DNA from: Octopus sinensis | Taxonomy: Eukaryota | DNA: 64,000 nucleotides | Reading direction: 5' to 3' | NCBI RefSeq assembly: GCF_006345805.1 | Contig: NC_043001.1 | Coordinates: 81,344,001-81,408,000 of the forward strand | In this document: positions 1-64,000 of the stretch, piece after piece | Layout: each line of letters starts with the position of its first letter | Numbering within the stretch: position 1 is the first letter of the stretch | Program-made: the position numbers and the translations under genes | The notes under the pieces: model-generated | What the model saw: the letters and a program-made list of their open reading frames with translations, nothing else | What the model was told of the DNA's origin: nothing | The model's database searches: none

Positions 1-180
1 TCCAAACCCCAATTTAGTAATGACAAAGTTATTTTACTTTGTTCTTTAGTCTAAAATTAATTAAAGTAAAGTTTGTGTTTTCAACCAAAATATAGTAACA
101 AAAGGATTAAGCACACCCTAACATTTCCAGCCAATACTTCTCTGAATATGTGTTAACTTTTTTTTTTTTTTTTTGAACAG

Positions 181-53128
<52,948 letters not shown>

Positions 53129-55267
53129 GTAAGTGACATTCTTAGTGATGGATGAAACAATTCCATCAGCATAACTATATATAACCAAGTTTGTTCACTT
53201 TAGAAGTTTTAAGAGAATTGTTGTCTGTTCCCTCTTTATCTTGTCCAACTTCCTTTCTAAAGCATTTTGTTTTTAAGTGATTACCAAGAGATTTTGCAAA
53301 AATAATCCAGTAAAATTTCAATACTTTCAATTCCACAGCTGAATCCAACACTCATAGTTTCTGTTCCATGAAATTACTGTAACCTCTTTAGTATTCACAT
53401 TGTTTTGAATTAATAATACATTATTTATTTCATAGCTTCAAGATTTCAGTGATGTAATTTGTTTATTTTTAGAATGACATTGTAAGGTGATCATAAACTG
53501 CATCTGGCCAGCTTAAACATAAGTCATATAGAATATTTTAGCTGGACATGGTCAGTTTAAATCAGTAATTCTTAAACCTTTGTGTTTTTTTTGTTACTGA
53601 TAGACCCCTTTGATTCCTATGTTACTCAGATGGTCCCCCTAAGCCATTCAATGTTTAAAAAGTCCTCTTTTTGTAATTAAATATCATTAGGAAGTGTATT
53701 AAAAAGAAACTTTTAAAATATTTTGTGTATTGTAGAATTTCTTGCTTGTTGATTTTAATAACAAAAAAAAAAATGTCTTGACATATACATCTGGATCCCA
53801 TATCAAAGTTGGACCTGATTGTTTTAAATATTGGTTTCAAATTTTGGTACAAAGCCATCAAGTTTGATGTGGGGGCGGTAAATCAATTAAGCTAACTTAG
53901 GCAGAATTAGAACTCAGAACATGAAGAAGAAGAAAGAAATATCACTAAGCATTTTGCCCAGCATGCTAATGATTCTACCAGCTCACTATTTTAGATTGCT
54001 TTAAATAATACATGATTTAAACCAGCTATATCCAGCTCAAAACATGCTGCCTGTTTTACATTCAAACTAGCCGAATCCAGCCCCTCACACTTAAACTACA
54101 GTATCATTCTTGAAAAAAAGCAACTGTATCATTGAAATCTCAAAGCTACAAGATAATATATGGTTAATTCATAACAATGTGGGTAAATAAGCATTTATAA
54201 TTTGATAGCTGAAAGGTCAATGGACAAAAAACTTTTTATCCTGAACATGCCCTTCTCAAATTGGAGTTTGTTTGCATTTTTATGCCATCAAATACACTAT
54301 TTATATTTATCGTTTCAAGCTTGCAATCTTAAAGTAAAAAAAAAATCTTCAATTAGAAAATTTGGTCTTGTAAAAGAAAACAAATTTTGATGTATCTATT
54401 CTATCAGACATTTTGCTCCAAATGATAGAATTTTGAGTGTTGTTGTCTCTCTGGTTTTGAAAATATTGGAACAAGAAATATCTTTCAAACAAAGGTGACA
54501 GAACTGAAGGAGAGAATAGTCAGACATAATGATTTAATAATGATATTAATAGTTAAAGTAGCTTAAGATTACAAGTTCAAACCAGAGCAAGGTTCTGTTT
54601 TTTTTTTTTTTTATCCCTACAAGGATTATAAAAATAAATAACAGTAATGTTTCAGGTTCAGTTCTAGTTGTCTGATATTACTCTGGGTCTCTGTACCTAA
54701 TTGAAAGATATCGATATATGTCAAAATTTCATTTTTGTTTTTGTTCTTGTTGTTTTCTTTTTTCTTTTCAGGATGAATTTTTATTGTTGTTTGTTTTACC
54801 TTACTGTGTATAATTAGACCCTAAATAAGGGGTCAGTATTATCATACCAAATGCTAGAAAAATCAATATTATTTAATAACATGAGAACTTTTTAAAATTT
54901 TTTTCTGTAATTGAGTGAGCTTACGTCTTCAGAATTTGAATTCTATTTGTCATGTTTGTTAACATGTAACCTTAGAAACTCATTCAATTCTTAATTATAA
55001 ATCTTCCACAAACAAAATAACAATTGATTATGATGATGATGATGAGCAGCAGAAGAGAGAGCACAAGAAAAGGAAGATTTTTTTTTTGTTTTGCAATAGT
55101 GTATTAAGACAATGAATTAGATAGAAAGTCATTATAAAATGTGAGATAAGGGTTTCAAACCTTATCCACCCTACAATGTTGCTTCAAATTTCATTAGAGC
55201 AACACTACCACTACAACCAACTCGACCACCACCAATTATGATCATAATAATAATAATGATAATAATA

Positions 55268-56250
55268 ATCCTTTCTACTACAGGCACAAGGCTTGAAATT
55301 TAGGGGAAGGGGTTAAGTCGATTATGTCAACCCCAGTACTCAATTGGTACTTAATTTATTGATCCTGAAAGGACGAAAGGCAAAGTTGACCTTGGCAGAA
55401 TTTGAACTCAGAACATAGTAACAGGTGAAATACTGCTAAGCATTTCATCCGGCATGCTAACAATTCTGCCAGTTCACCACCTTTATAATAATAATGATGA
55501 TGATGATGATGAATTCAAATTTTGGCTGAAGGTCAGCAGTTTTGGAGAAGGGGATAAGTCTTAATGTTCAACTGGTGCTTGTTTGATCTACCCCAAAGGG
55601 ATAAAAAGCAAAGTTGACCTCAGTGGAATTTGAACTCAGAATGTAAAGACGGATGAAATGTCACTGAGCATTTTGCCCAGCATGCTAACAATTCTCCCAG
55701 CTTGCCACTTTGATCATCATAATAATCCTTTCAACTATAGACCCGAAATTTTGGAAGTGTGGGGAGAATCAGTTACATCGAACTCAGTGTTTGACTGGTA
55801 TTTATTTTATTACCCACCCTAAAAAAAGGAAAAGCCAAGTTGACTCTGGTGACATTTGAACTCAGAATGTAAAGCCAGAAGAAATGCTGTTAAGCGTTTT
55901 GTCCAGCATGCTAACGATTCCACCAGCTCACTACCCTGATAATGATAATGATTATAATAATTATTCTTTCTAACTTTTAGCACAGGGCCAGCTATTTTGA
56001 GGGAAAAGGGAAAGTCAACTACATCAACCCCAGTGCAAGCTTGCCACTTTATAATTCTTTCTAGTATAAACACAAGGCCAGAAATTTTGAGGGTGGAGGC
56101 TAATCAATTACATCACTCCCAGTGCTCAAGTGATACCTATCTTAATGACCCTGAAAGTATGGAAGGCAGAGTTGACCTTAGTAGAATTTGAACCAGAAGA
56201 ATGCCACTAAGCATTTTGTCCTGTATATTGACAAATCTGCTAGTTCACCA
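55268..56250 (-). mobile_element. Train of 4-5 SINE family A copies, minus orientation
   Basis: Repeated gaaaggcaaagttgacc...gaatttgaactcagaa...gctaa...ttctgccag units separated by (ATA/ATG)n. Confidence 0.8.
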
Positions 56251-56678
56251 ATAACAATAATATTAATAATAATATAAATTTAAAAAATTTTTAGTCCCTT
56301 TACTTTGAAAACCTTGTATTTATAAATGAACACATTTGTGTGCCTGCACAAACATACACACTCATGCATAAACACACACAGAATGTGAGAGTACTTTATA
56401 GCAAGAGGAAGTGAATACAGATCAGAGAGTTTATTTATTTATTCCTTGATAATTAAATCTTTTCACTATTCCTTTCACTAGAAAGCTTAATTTTCTAGTT
56501 AAGCTCTGTGTGTGTATGTATGCTTGCACACACACACTTGTGTGTTTCCACTAGTGATACCTCTGTCATCCCAAGGACTACCTGTCATCATGCCTATTAC
56601 AGTCAGCTCTTGTAACATCACCACCACCACCACTATGATCTAACATGTGTTGCAGCTTGATATAAGAGAGAGCAGACA

Positions 56679-56709
<31 letters not shown>

Positions 56710-57136
56710 TGATACTACTGAACGATGTAGCTTGGTTAAAGGGTAGCTATGAACTGGGATTTAAATGGATTATTGTTAATCTTTATCAGTGGAAGGATTA
56801 CTTCCATTTCTTAAGAATGTTCAATCTGAGACACACAAGTGCTTCCATCATTCATGTGTGTGTGTGTGTGTATAAATGTGTATATATACATATACAACTA
56901 CAAACACAAAACACATTCACTCCCATCACTCTGTGTGCTTTCTCATACTTCTATCCATTTTTCTACTTCCTTGTACATCTGCCCTCATTCCTCACAGGTG
57001 TTTTGCTTCCCAGAAAATACCATGTTAAATGAATAATAGAACACATGAGGAAAACAGGTTTCATGCTGAGATCCAAAGTTGTCCCAATAACTTGCCCAAA
57101 TAACACTTCCATATAGTTTTTAAACATACATACGCA

Positions 57137-57530
57137 TAGGAGTGGCTGTGTGGTAAGTAGCTTGCTTACAGACCACATGGTATGGTTCCGGGTTCAGTCC
57201 CACTGCGTGACACCTTGGGCAAGTGTCTTCTACTATAGCCTTGGGCCAAGGCTATAGTAGCCTTGTGAGTGGATTTGGTAGATGGAAACTGAAAGAAGCC
57301 CATCGTATATATGTATGTGTGTGTATATGTTTGTGTGTCTTTGTTTGTCCTCCCAACATCACTTGAAAACTGATGCTGGTGTGTTTATGTCCCCGTAACT
57401 TAGCAGTTCGGCAAAAGAGACCGATAGAATAAGTACTAGACTTACAAAGAATAAGTCCTGGGATTGATTTTCTCAACTAAAGGCGGTGCTCCAGCATAGC
57501 CATAGTCAAATGACTGAAACAAGTAAAAGA
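57137..57530 (+). mobile_element. tRNA-derived SINE family B with CORE-like segment, full-length copy
   Basis: ggctgtgtggtaag...ggttcagtcccactgc...accttgggcaagtgtcttc (CORE-like) ...gccttgtgagtggatttggtagatggaaactgaaagaagccc, then a 3' part ending gactgaaacaagtaaaaga; more than 20 related copies in the window. Confidence 0.85.
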
Positions 57531-58285
57531 GTATACATAATAATAATACTTTTTAGAAACTAGATCTTGAAGAATTTAATTGTGCATTATTATTGGCTGG
57601 ATAAGGCTAGATTAAATGCTAAAGGGTTGACCAGCTCAATAAACTCCTTTGCATCTAACTAACCCTATCTTCATTGCTGTATGAAGAGGTTTTGGTCATT
57701 GCTATATGAAGAAGTTTAGTGTGTGACAGAGATGCTACAAGTACAGTCACAGCAAGCTTGTTTTTTGAGCTTGGTTTGTTGTAGCTTTTGACTAAAACCT
57801 TTCAGTAATCATAAATCTAATGCCACAGCAAATTTGAGTGTGCTTATGGCTAACTGAATTATATATTCTACAGATTAAAATGTCTTTCGGAAGAGAGTCA
57901 TAGTAAGAAATGAAATAGGGCAAGTGCAGAGACTTGTGGGTGTGTCCTAATCAATTTTTTTTTTTTTTGTTCTCAAAAGAAGATCTGAGATATCCACCTC
58001 CCTATCATCTTCAATACACGATCACACATTCTTTATTCATCCATCTATCTACTTAACTGCCCACATTCACCCATACAAAGATCACCTCTTCACCCACTTA
58101 CTGTGTCCGCTTTATTTTTAATCCCATTCCCTTTTAAATAGTTTGTATGTGTGTGTGATCACCAGTTATTCAAACTATGATTGAATAACTATGAATATAT
58201 TCACATGAAACCTCTGGTATTGGACTATTGAATTCTATTAATCCACTCATGCAAGTTAAGAACTCATTTTTCCTGTTAGTCACCA

Positions 58286-58340
<55 letters not shown>

Positions 58341-59263
58341 TATATGTGTGTGTGTGTGTGTATATGTATGTGTGTATATATTGCATATATATGTGTATGT
58401 ATGTATACATATGCATATATGTACAATATATAGGTATAGATTATGTGTTTATATATATGTGTGTACGCTATATATATGTATGAATACACATAAGTATGTG
58501 TGTCTACCATCAACCATAATTCAAACTCCAATTCAATAACTGTGAACATATCCACATGAAACTTGTGGTATTGAACTATTGAATTCAATTCTGTTAAATG
58601 AAATTGTTCCTCCACCCATGTGGTATTAAGGACTCATTTTTTCCATTTAGTCACTTATGTGTGTGTGTGTGTTTATATGTATGTATGTATGTATGTATAT
58701 ATGTATACACACACTCAAAAACATGAATACATACACATACATACAAATATAATTTATGAGTTTATATTTTTTTCTATTTTTTTCTTTTACTTTGCGAGGA
58801 AAACAGTGAATATGTAGTCTTCTTAGTATAGCTTTTAAGGATTGTGTGTGTGTGTGCTTCAGCTTCACTTTTATTCTGAAGGTCTTTGAAAAAGAGAATT
58901 CTAAAAATATTACAAAATCCTTTATTCCAAAATATTGGTAAACCTATAAATTCCAAAATGCTAAATCCTCTCAGAACCTTGTGTTTGATTTTATAGCATT
59001 TTGTCAAAAGAAAAATATTAATTTGTAACAGCAGCAGCAGCAGAAGTAGTAGTAGTATTTCTAGTGTTGATGTTGTTGCAAATTTTATTACTTTTTTCTT
59101 ATTATTTTTAATAATATACAAACAGGCATGGCCAAGTGGTTAAGAAACTTACCTTACAACCATCTAGTTTCGAGTTCAGTCCCACTGCACAGCATTTTGG
59201 GCAAGTGTATTTTACTATAGCCTTGTCTACTATGTAGTAGACAGAAATTGAAAGAAGCCAGCC

Positions 59264-59296
<33 letters not shown>

Positions 59297-59300
<4 letters not shown>

Positions 59301-60355
59301 GTTTGGTATTCATGTGCATTTTCATTCAATGGTTGCTTTCAAATCAGGGACTGTTGCAGGTTTCATAGCATAGACTTTGTCTTTTAGGTATCCCCATAAT
59401 AAATAAATCTAGTGGTGTGATGTCAGGTGAACATGGAGGCTATTCAATGAAACCCATTCATCCAATCCACCTGTTTGACAAGATCTCATCAAGGAAAGAT
59501 TTAACATCATGATGGTAGTGTGGGGGTGCCCCATCTTACTGAAACTCCTCATCTTCAAAGTCTTCTTTAATGCTTGGCATGATAGACTGTTGTAGCAAGT
59601 TCATGTAAACAGGACCATTCACACTAGCATCAAAAAAGAATGGTCCAATTAATCCTCATGGTGATAAGCCACACCACACTGTAACTTCCGGTCGGTAAAT
59701 AACAAGGGCGTTCCACCATAACATGCAGGTTTTCAGGTCCCCAGTAGGTGCAATTGTTGTGGTTAATTAATCCATTTAATTTGAATGTGTCCTCCACACT
59801 CCACACAAACTTTTTTGGAAAGTGTGCATCTTCTGCACGTAGTGCCAAGTACCACTTGCACTACTGCACTCTTCGGTCTGGATCATCATCATTAATAGTA
59901 TGGACTAATCTTGGAACATAGCTTTTCCATTGACAATGCTTCAAAGTGCATTGGACAGACGATTTTGAAATACCTACCCCATGACTTGCTTGCTGCACAA
60001 ATTTTCTTGGACTTGGGTGATATGTTTCAGTACTCCTGCTTGCTTTGTAAGGGTTGTCAATGCTCGTGGTCTTCTGGAATGCTTCTCATGGACATTCTGA
60101 ATAGTTCCATCAGCTTCAAAATCATCTCTAGTTCAAGTGATATAATTCTCATTAGTGGATCTGTCTGAAACTCCCTCCTAAACAGTCCTTGCACTTCAAC
60201 TGCGTTTTCACACTTCCAGTAGCATTTTGGAATGAATTTCCATTGTTCAAAGCTTAGTCTGACTGCCATCTTTAATTCCAGTGGGTTTAATCTGGAAAGA
60301 AAAACGTCGAGTTATCAGCTGTTGAAGTGTGTATACATTTTTTTGGGACACCCTA
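59297..60355 (-). mobile_element. Decayed Tc1/mariner DNA transposon of the DD41D (rosa) type, 3' end truncated
   Basis: 5' TIR (ta)tagggtgtcccaaaaaaatgtatacacact at about 60326-60357. N-terminus MAVRLSFEQWKFIPKCYWKCENAVEVQ; catalytic region FQ*DGAPPHY...RWIG*MGFIE*PPCSPDITPLD with 41 residues between the second and third Asp; multiple stops and frameshifts. Confidence 0.88.
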
Positions 60356-60363
60356 TATATGTA

Positions 60364-60410
<47 letters not shown>

Positions 60411-60533
60411 ATATGTATGTATGTATAGCAATAGAAGTAGCCCTAGAACAAAATCTTTATCTATATGACATCCTTAACTTATGTGTATTGTTGAAAAGGC
60501 AGAAGCTGCAGTTTTCATCTGTGTGGAAGCATG

Positions 60534-60576
<43 letters not shown>

Positions 60577-60764
60577 CACCCTACCACCACCATTTAACAA
60601 CCATTGTTGCTTTGTTTATGTCTCCACAGCTTAGCTGGTTGGCAAAAGAGTCCGATAGAATAATGACCAAACTTAAAACAAAATTCTGGTAATTTGTTTG
60701 GCTAAAACCCTTCAGGGCTGCAACCATCAAGACCTTGCCTCTTTAATAGAAAGAATCATTATTA

Positions 60765-61810
60765 GAGCAGTAAACTGGCAGAATGATTAGAACATCCAGA
60801 AAGTTGCTTTATGGAGTCAATAAAATGAAGAAACAGTCCTGTACTAGGTTCAATGTAATCAAGTTGATCCCTTACCTTAAAATTGTTGGCCTTGTGCCAA
60901 AAGTTAGAAAAAGGTGGAAGAATCATTAGCATACCAAACAAAATGCTTAGCAGCATTTCATCCAAATTTACATTCTGGATTTAAATTCACTGAAGTCTAA
61001 TTTGTCTTTTATCCTTTCAGGGTCCGTAAAATAAATACTAGTCAAGTATAGGGATCAATGTAATTGACTACCCCACCCCTAATAAATCTCAAGCTTTGTA
61101 CCTATTGCAGAAAGAATCATTACTACTACTACTACTACTACTATTATTATTATTATTACTAAAGTGGAGAGCTGACAGAATCATTAGCATGCCAGGCGAA
61201 ATACTGAGTGGTATTTCATCTGCTATGTTCTGAGTTCAAATTCCACCAAGGTCAACTTTGTCTTTCATCCTTTCAGGCTCAATGAAATAAGTACCAGTCG
61301 AGTACTGGGATCAGTGTGGTTGACTGTCCCCCTCCCCCAAATATCAGGCCTTGTGCCTGTAGTAGAAATTATTATTATTATTATTATTAATAAGGCAGCC
61401 TATTGGCAATGTTGTTAACACACCAGGCAAAATGCTTAGCAGCATTTTGTCCATCTCTATGTTCCGAGTTCAAATTCCACTGAGGTCAACTTTTCCTTTC
61501 ATCCTTTCAAGGTCAATAAATTGAGTACCAGTGAAACACTAGGGTCTATATTATCGATTAACTCTCTCTCCACAACTTTCAGGCCCTGTGCCTATAATAG
61601 AAATGAATTTTTTTATTACTGAGGTGTCAAGCTGGTAGAATCATTACCCACTTAGCATATTGTCCATCTTTGCATTCTGAGTTCAAATTCCAACAAGGAA
61701 CTATGCCTTTGATCCTTTCAGAGTACCAGTTGTGTACTGGAGGGTCAATGTAATTGACTAGCCTCCTCCCCCAAAATTTTAGCCCTTTTGCCCATAGTAG
61801 AAAGAGTTAC
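60765..61810 (+). mobile_element. Train of about 5 SINE family A copies, plus orientation
   Basis: Same family as 34488-34721, head-to-tail with (ATT/ACT)n spacers. Confidence 0.8.
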
Positions 61811-61952
61811 TCTGGTTGTTGTTATTCATGAAACAGTAGAGCACATTTGTTATGGTATGAAGTTAGATTTTTCAGTTTTATAGCTTCAGCTCTTACACTG
61901 GATAGACTCGGTCTTACACTGCTGCAAGATCAATAAAGTCATTGCTATACAT

Positions 61953-62095
61953 CAGTGCTCCGCAATCTTTTTCCCTTGCAGTACACTTATATTCTTTTTA
62001 AATAGAAATATAACTACAAGTATAGCGAAAAAATTTATCATCAGGTTACACTGTGGCACACCAGTGTGCCGTGGCATACTGGCTGCAGAGCACTG
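61953..62095. mobile_element. hAT-type MITE (143 bp)
   Basis: TIRs cagtgctccgca and tgcagagcactg; flanks ctatacat and ctatagat (7/8 TSD); internal ggcacac-cag-tgtgcc palindrome. Confidence 0.75.
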
Positions 62096-63221
62096 CTATA
62101 GATAGATACTAGTAATGCAGATTTACAGAAAGACAAAAAGCCTTGTGTTTAACCAAAATAAGTTTTTGCCTTCATTTATTTCTTCATCATCATCATCATT
62201 ATCATTATTAGGATTAGTGATTATTATTTTGGCTATTATTACAAAAACTGTAAGAACACTATATTGACAGATAGTATTTTATTCATAGTGATACAGAGAC
62301 AAAGATACACATTCTTAATATTTTTCTCTCTCACATACTCACACACACACCCATACACACGGCTGCATATAATATCACACACACACACACACACACTCAT
62401 GGCTGCATATAATGTCACACACATATGACTGCATATAATATATTACACACACACACACACACACAAGCATCTTAAAATTAAATAGACACTCCCCTTTCAT
62501 TATATACTTTTACCTGTGCAGACACTTTGAGCCTTAAAACATATGCACATTGCATTTTGTTTCTAGAAATAAATCTTTCATGAACGATGGTGTCTATTTA
62601 CTTTTGATATGTCTCAGTGTGTGTGTGTGTGTGTATGTATATACACACACACACATTTCACTTAGGTGTGACTTATACACAGGGCAAAGCTAAAACTATG
62701 AAGGGAAATAATTTTGCACCAAGATTTAACACTAAATTAGGGGTGTGAATTACATACAAGTAATTAGTGTAAGATACACACCCATAAATACAACCTTGGC
62801 AGTATATTCTCATGTACACACAGCTTGCTCCTTCTCTTTCACACTCTCTACTTTTCTTCTCTACTGACTCTCTCCACTTCTATCTCCATTTCATTCACTC
62901 TCTCTCTCTCTCATATATCTGCTCAAATCCCAATTTGTCTCTGCTCTTGCTTTTAATCTCTCTCTCTGCTCTTTCTCTCTTTTCCTCACAACACTTTCTA
63001 TCTTCCATCTATCTGTTTTTCTCCTCTCCCCTCCTCTTTTTTCTTTTTTTCTCAACCTATAGGTGACTATCTAAAACAATTTCAAAGACATGTTCCATCA
63101 ATCCACAATAATTCTTTAGATCTATTCTCAATCGGACAAAGTTAGTTCCATAGATAAGGCAGTCAAAATCATAAATCAAAAATTGAATGAAGACCATCAA
63201 ATCAACATCTATTCACCCAAC

Positions 63222-63267
<46 letters not shown>

Positions 63268-64000
63268 CATTTCCCTCCTTCCTTTATATCATGGAGATAT
63301 TATGAAAATGGCCTAGGTAGTGTTACTAATATAGCTTCTATGCTCTTCTGTTGCCTGCAGTAAATGCACTATCAATGTATATACACACATGCACAGCTGA
63401 ATATATGTGTATTTTATTTTTACATCTGTACATCTTTATTCATCTGTGTGTGTATGTGTACACACACACAAAAATTTGAAATGTATATATATGTATATGG
63501 AGACATGTTAATATATAGATATGTTATATATGTATAAAGAAAGATATAGATATATTGGCAGAGGTACATAATATAAATATATATATTATATAATATATAA
63601 ATATGTTTATTATATATATATAAATATATTTTATATAATATAAATACATATATATTATATAATATATAAATATATATTTATATCTATTATATAATATATA
63701 AATATATATTTATATCTATTATATAATATATATATATTATGTACATTATATATGTAGTATGGTACCTCAATATATTAGATTGGAGGCATTTTTTTAAATG
63801 TCTTGTTCACAGGAGTTATCTCCCTTTGTGTGTAACTCTTCCAAATGGAAATACAGTAACACTTGATGGAGGAAGGAAAGGTGTAGCATCAAAAGAAAAA
63901 AATATTAGCCCAGCATACAGACTGCCTTCATCTTTTCCACTTTCGACCTTTGGCTTACAGAATATGTCTCAATAACCACTGATCTGATGCTAACAATTTC

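Noticed and set aside
63653-63730. 32-bp AT-only tandem duplicate
   Set aside because: Ordinary slippage within an AT microsatellite block.
53129-64000. Search for the next plexin exon (phase 1, expected E-W-R...)
   Set aside because: No acceptor followed by a matching frame was found, so the exon is presumed to lie beyond the window.

Overview
Eukaryotic, AT-rich, microsatellite- and SINE-dense genomic DNA. It is most likely octopus, inferred from the repeat landscape rather than from a database search. The window lies entirely inside one + strand plexin-A-like gene. Fourteen GT-AG exons (181-53128) splice in consistent phase into about 692 uninterrupted codons: four IPT/TIG domains, the transmembrane helix, the first half of the split RasGAP domain ([25 protein letters not shown]) and the Rho-binding domain (VKVLDCDTI). 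Both ends of the gene lie outside the window. Almost all ORFs in the supplied track are microsatellite or SINE artefacts. The introns hold several tRNA-derived SINE families, hAT and other MITEs, a young CR1/L2-type LINE 3' end and a decayed DD41D (rosa-type) Tc1/mariner element. The most striking observation is a 462-bp hAT deletion derivative (8-bp TSD, transposase C-terminus) carrying a perfect 46-nt copy of the start of the host plexin exon that lies 3 kb downstream. Other candidates are a NAGNAG acceptor, a near-identical 461-bp tandem duplication, two RNA fold-back elements, opposed SINE trains, and a promoter-like and antisense-exon-like site in the 17-kb intron. No prokaryotic features such as CRISPR arrays or operons are present.
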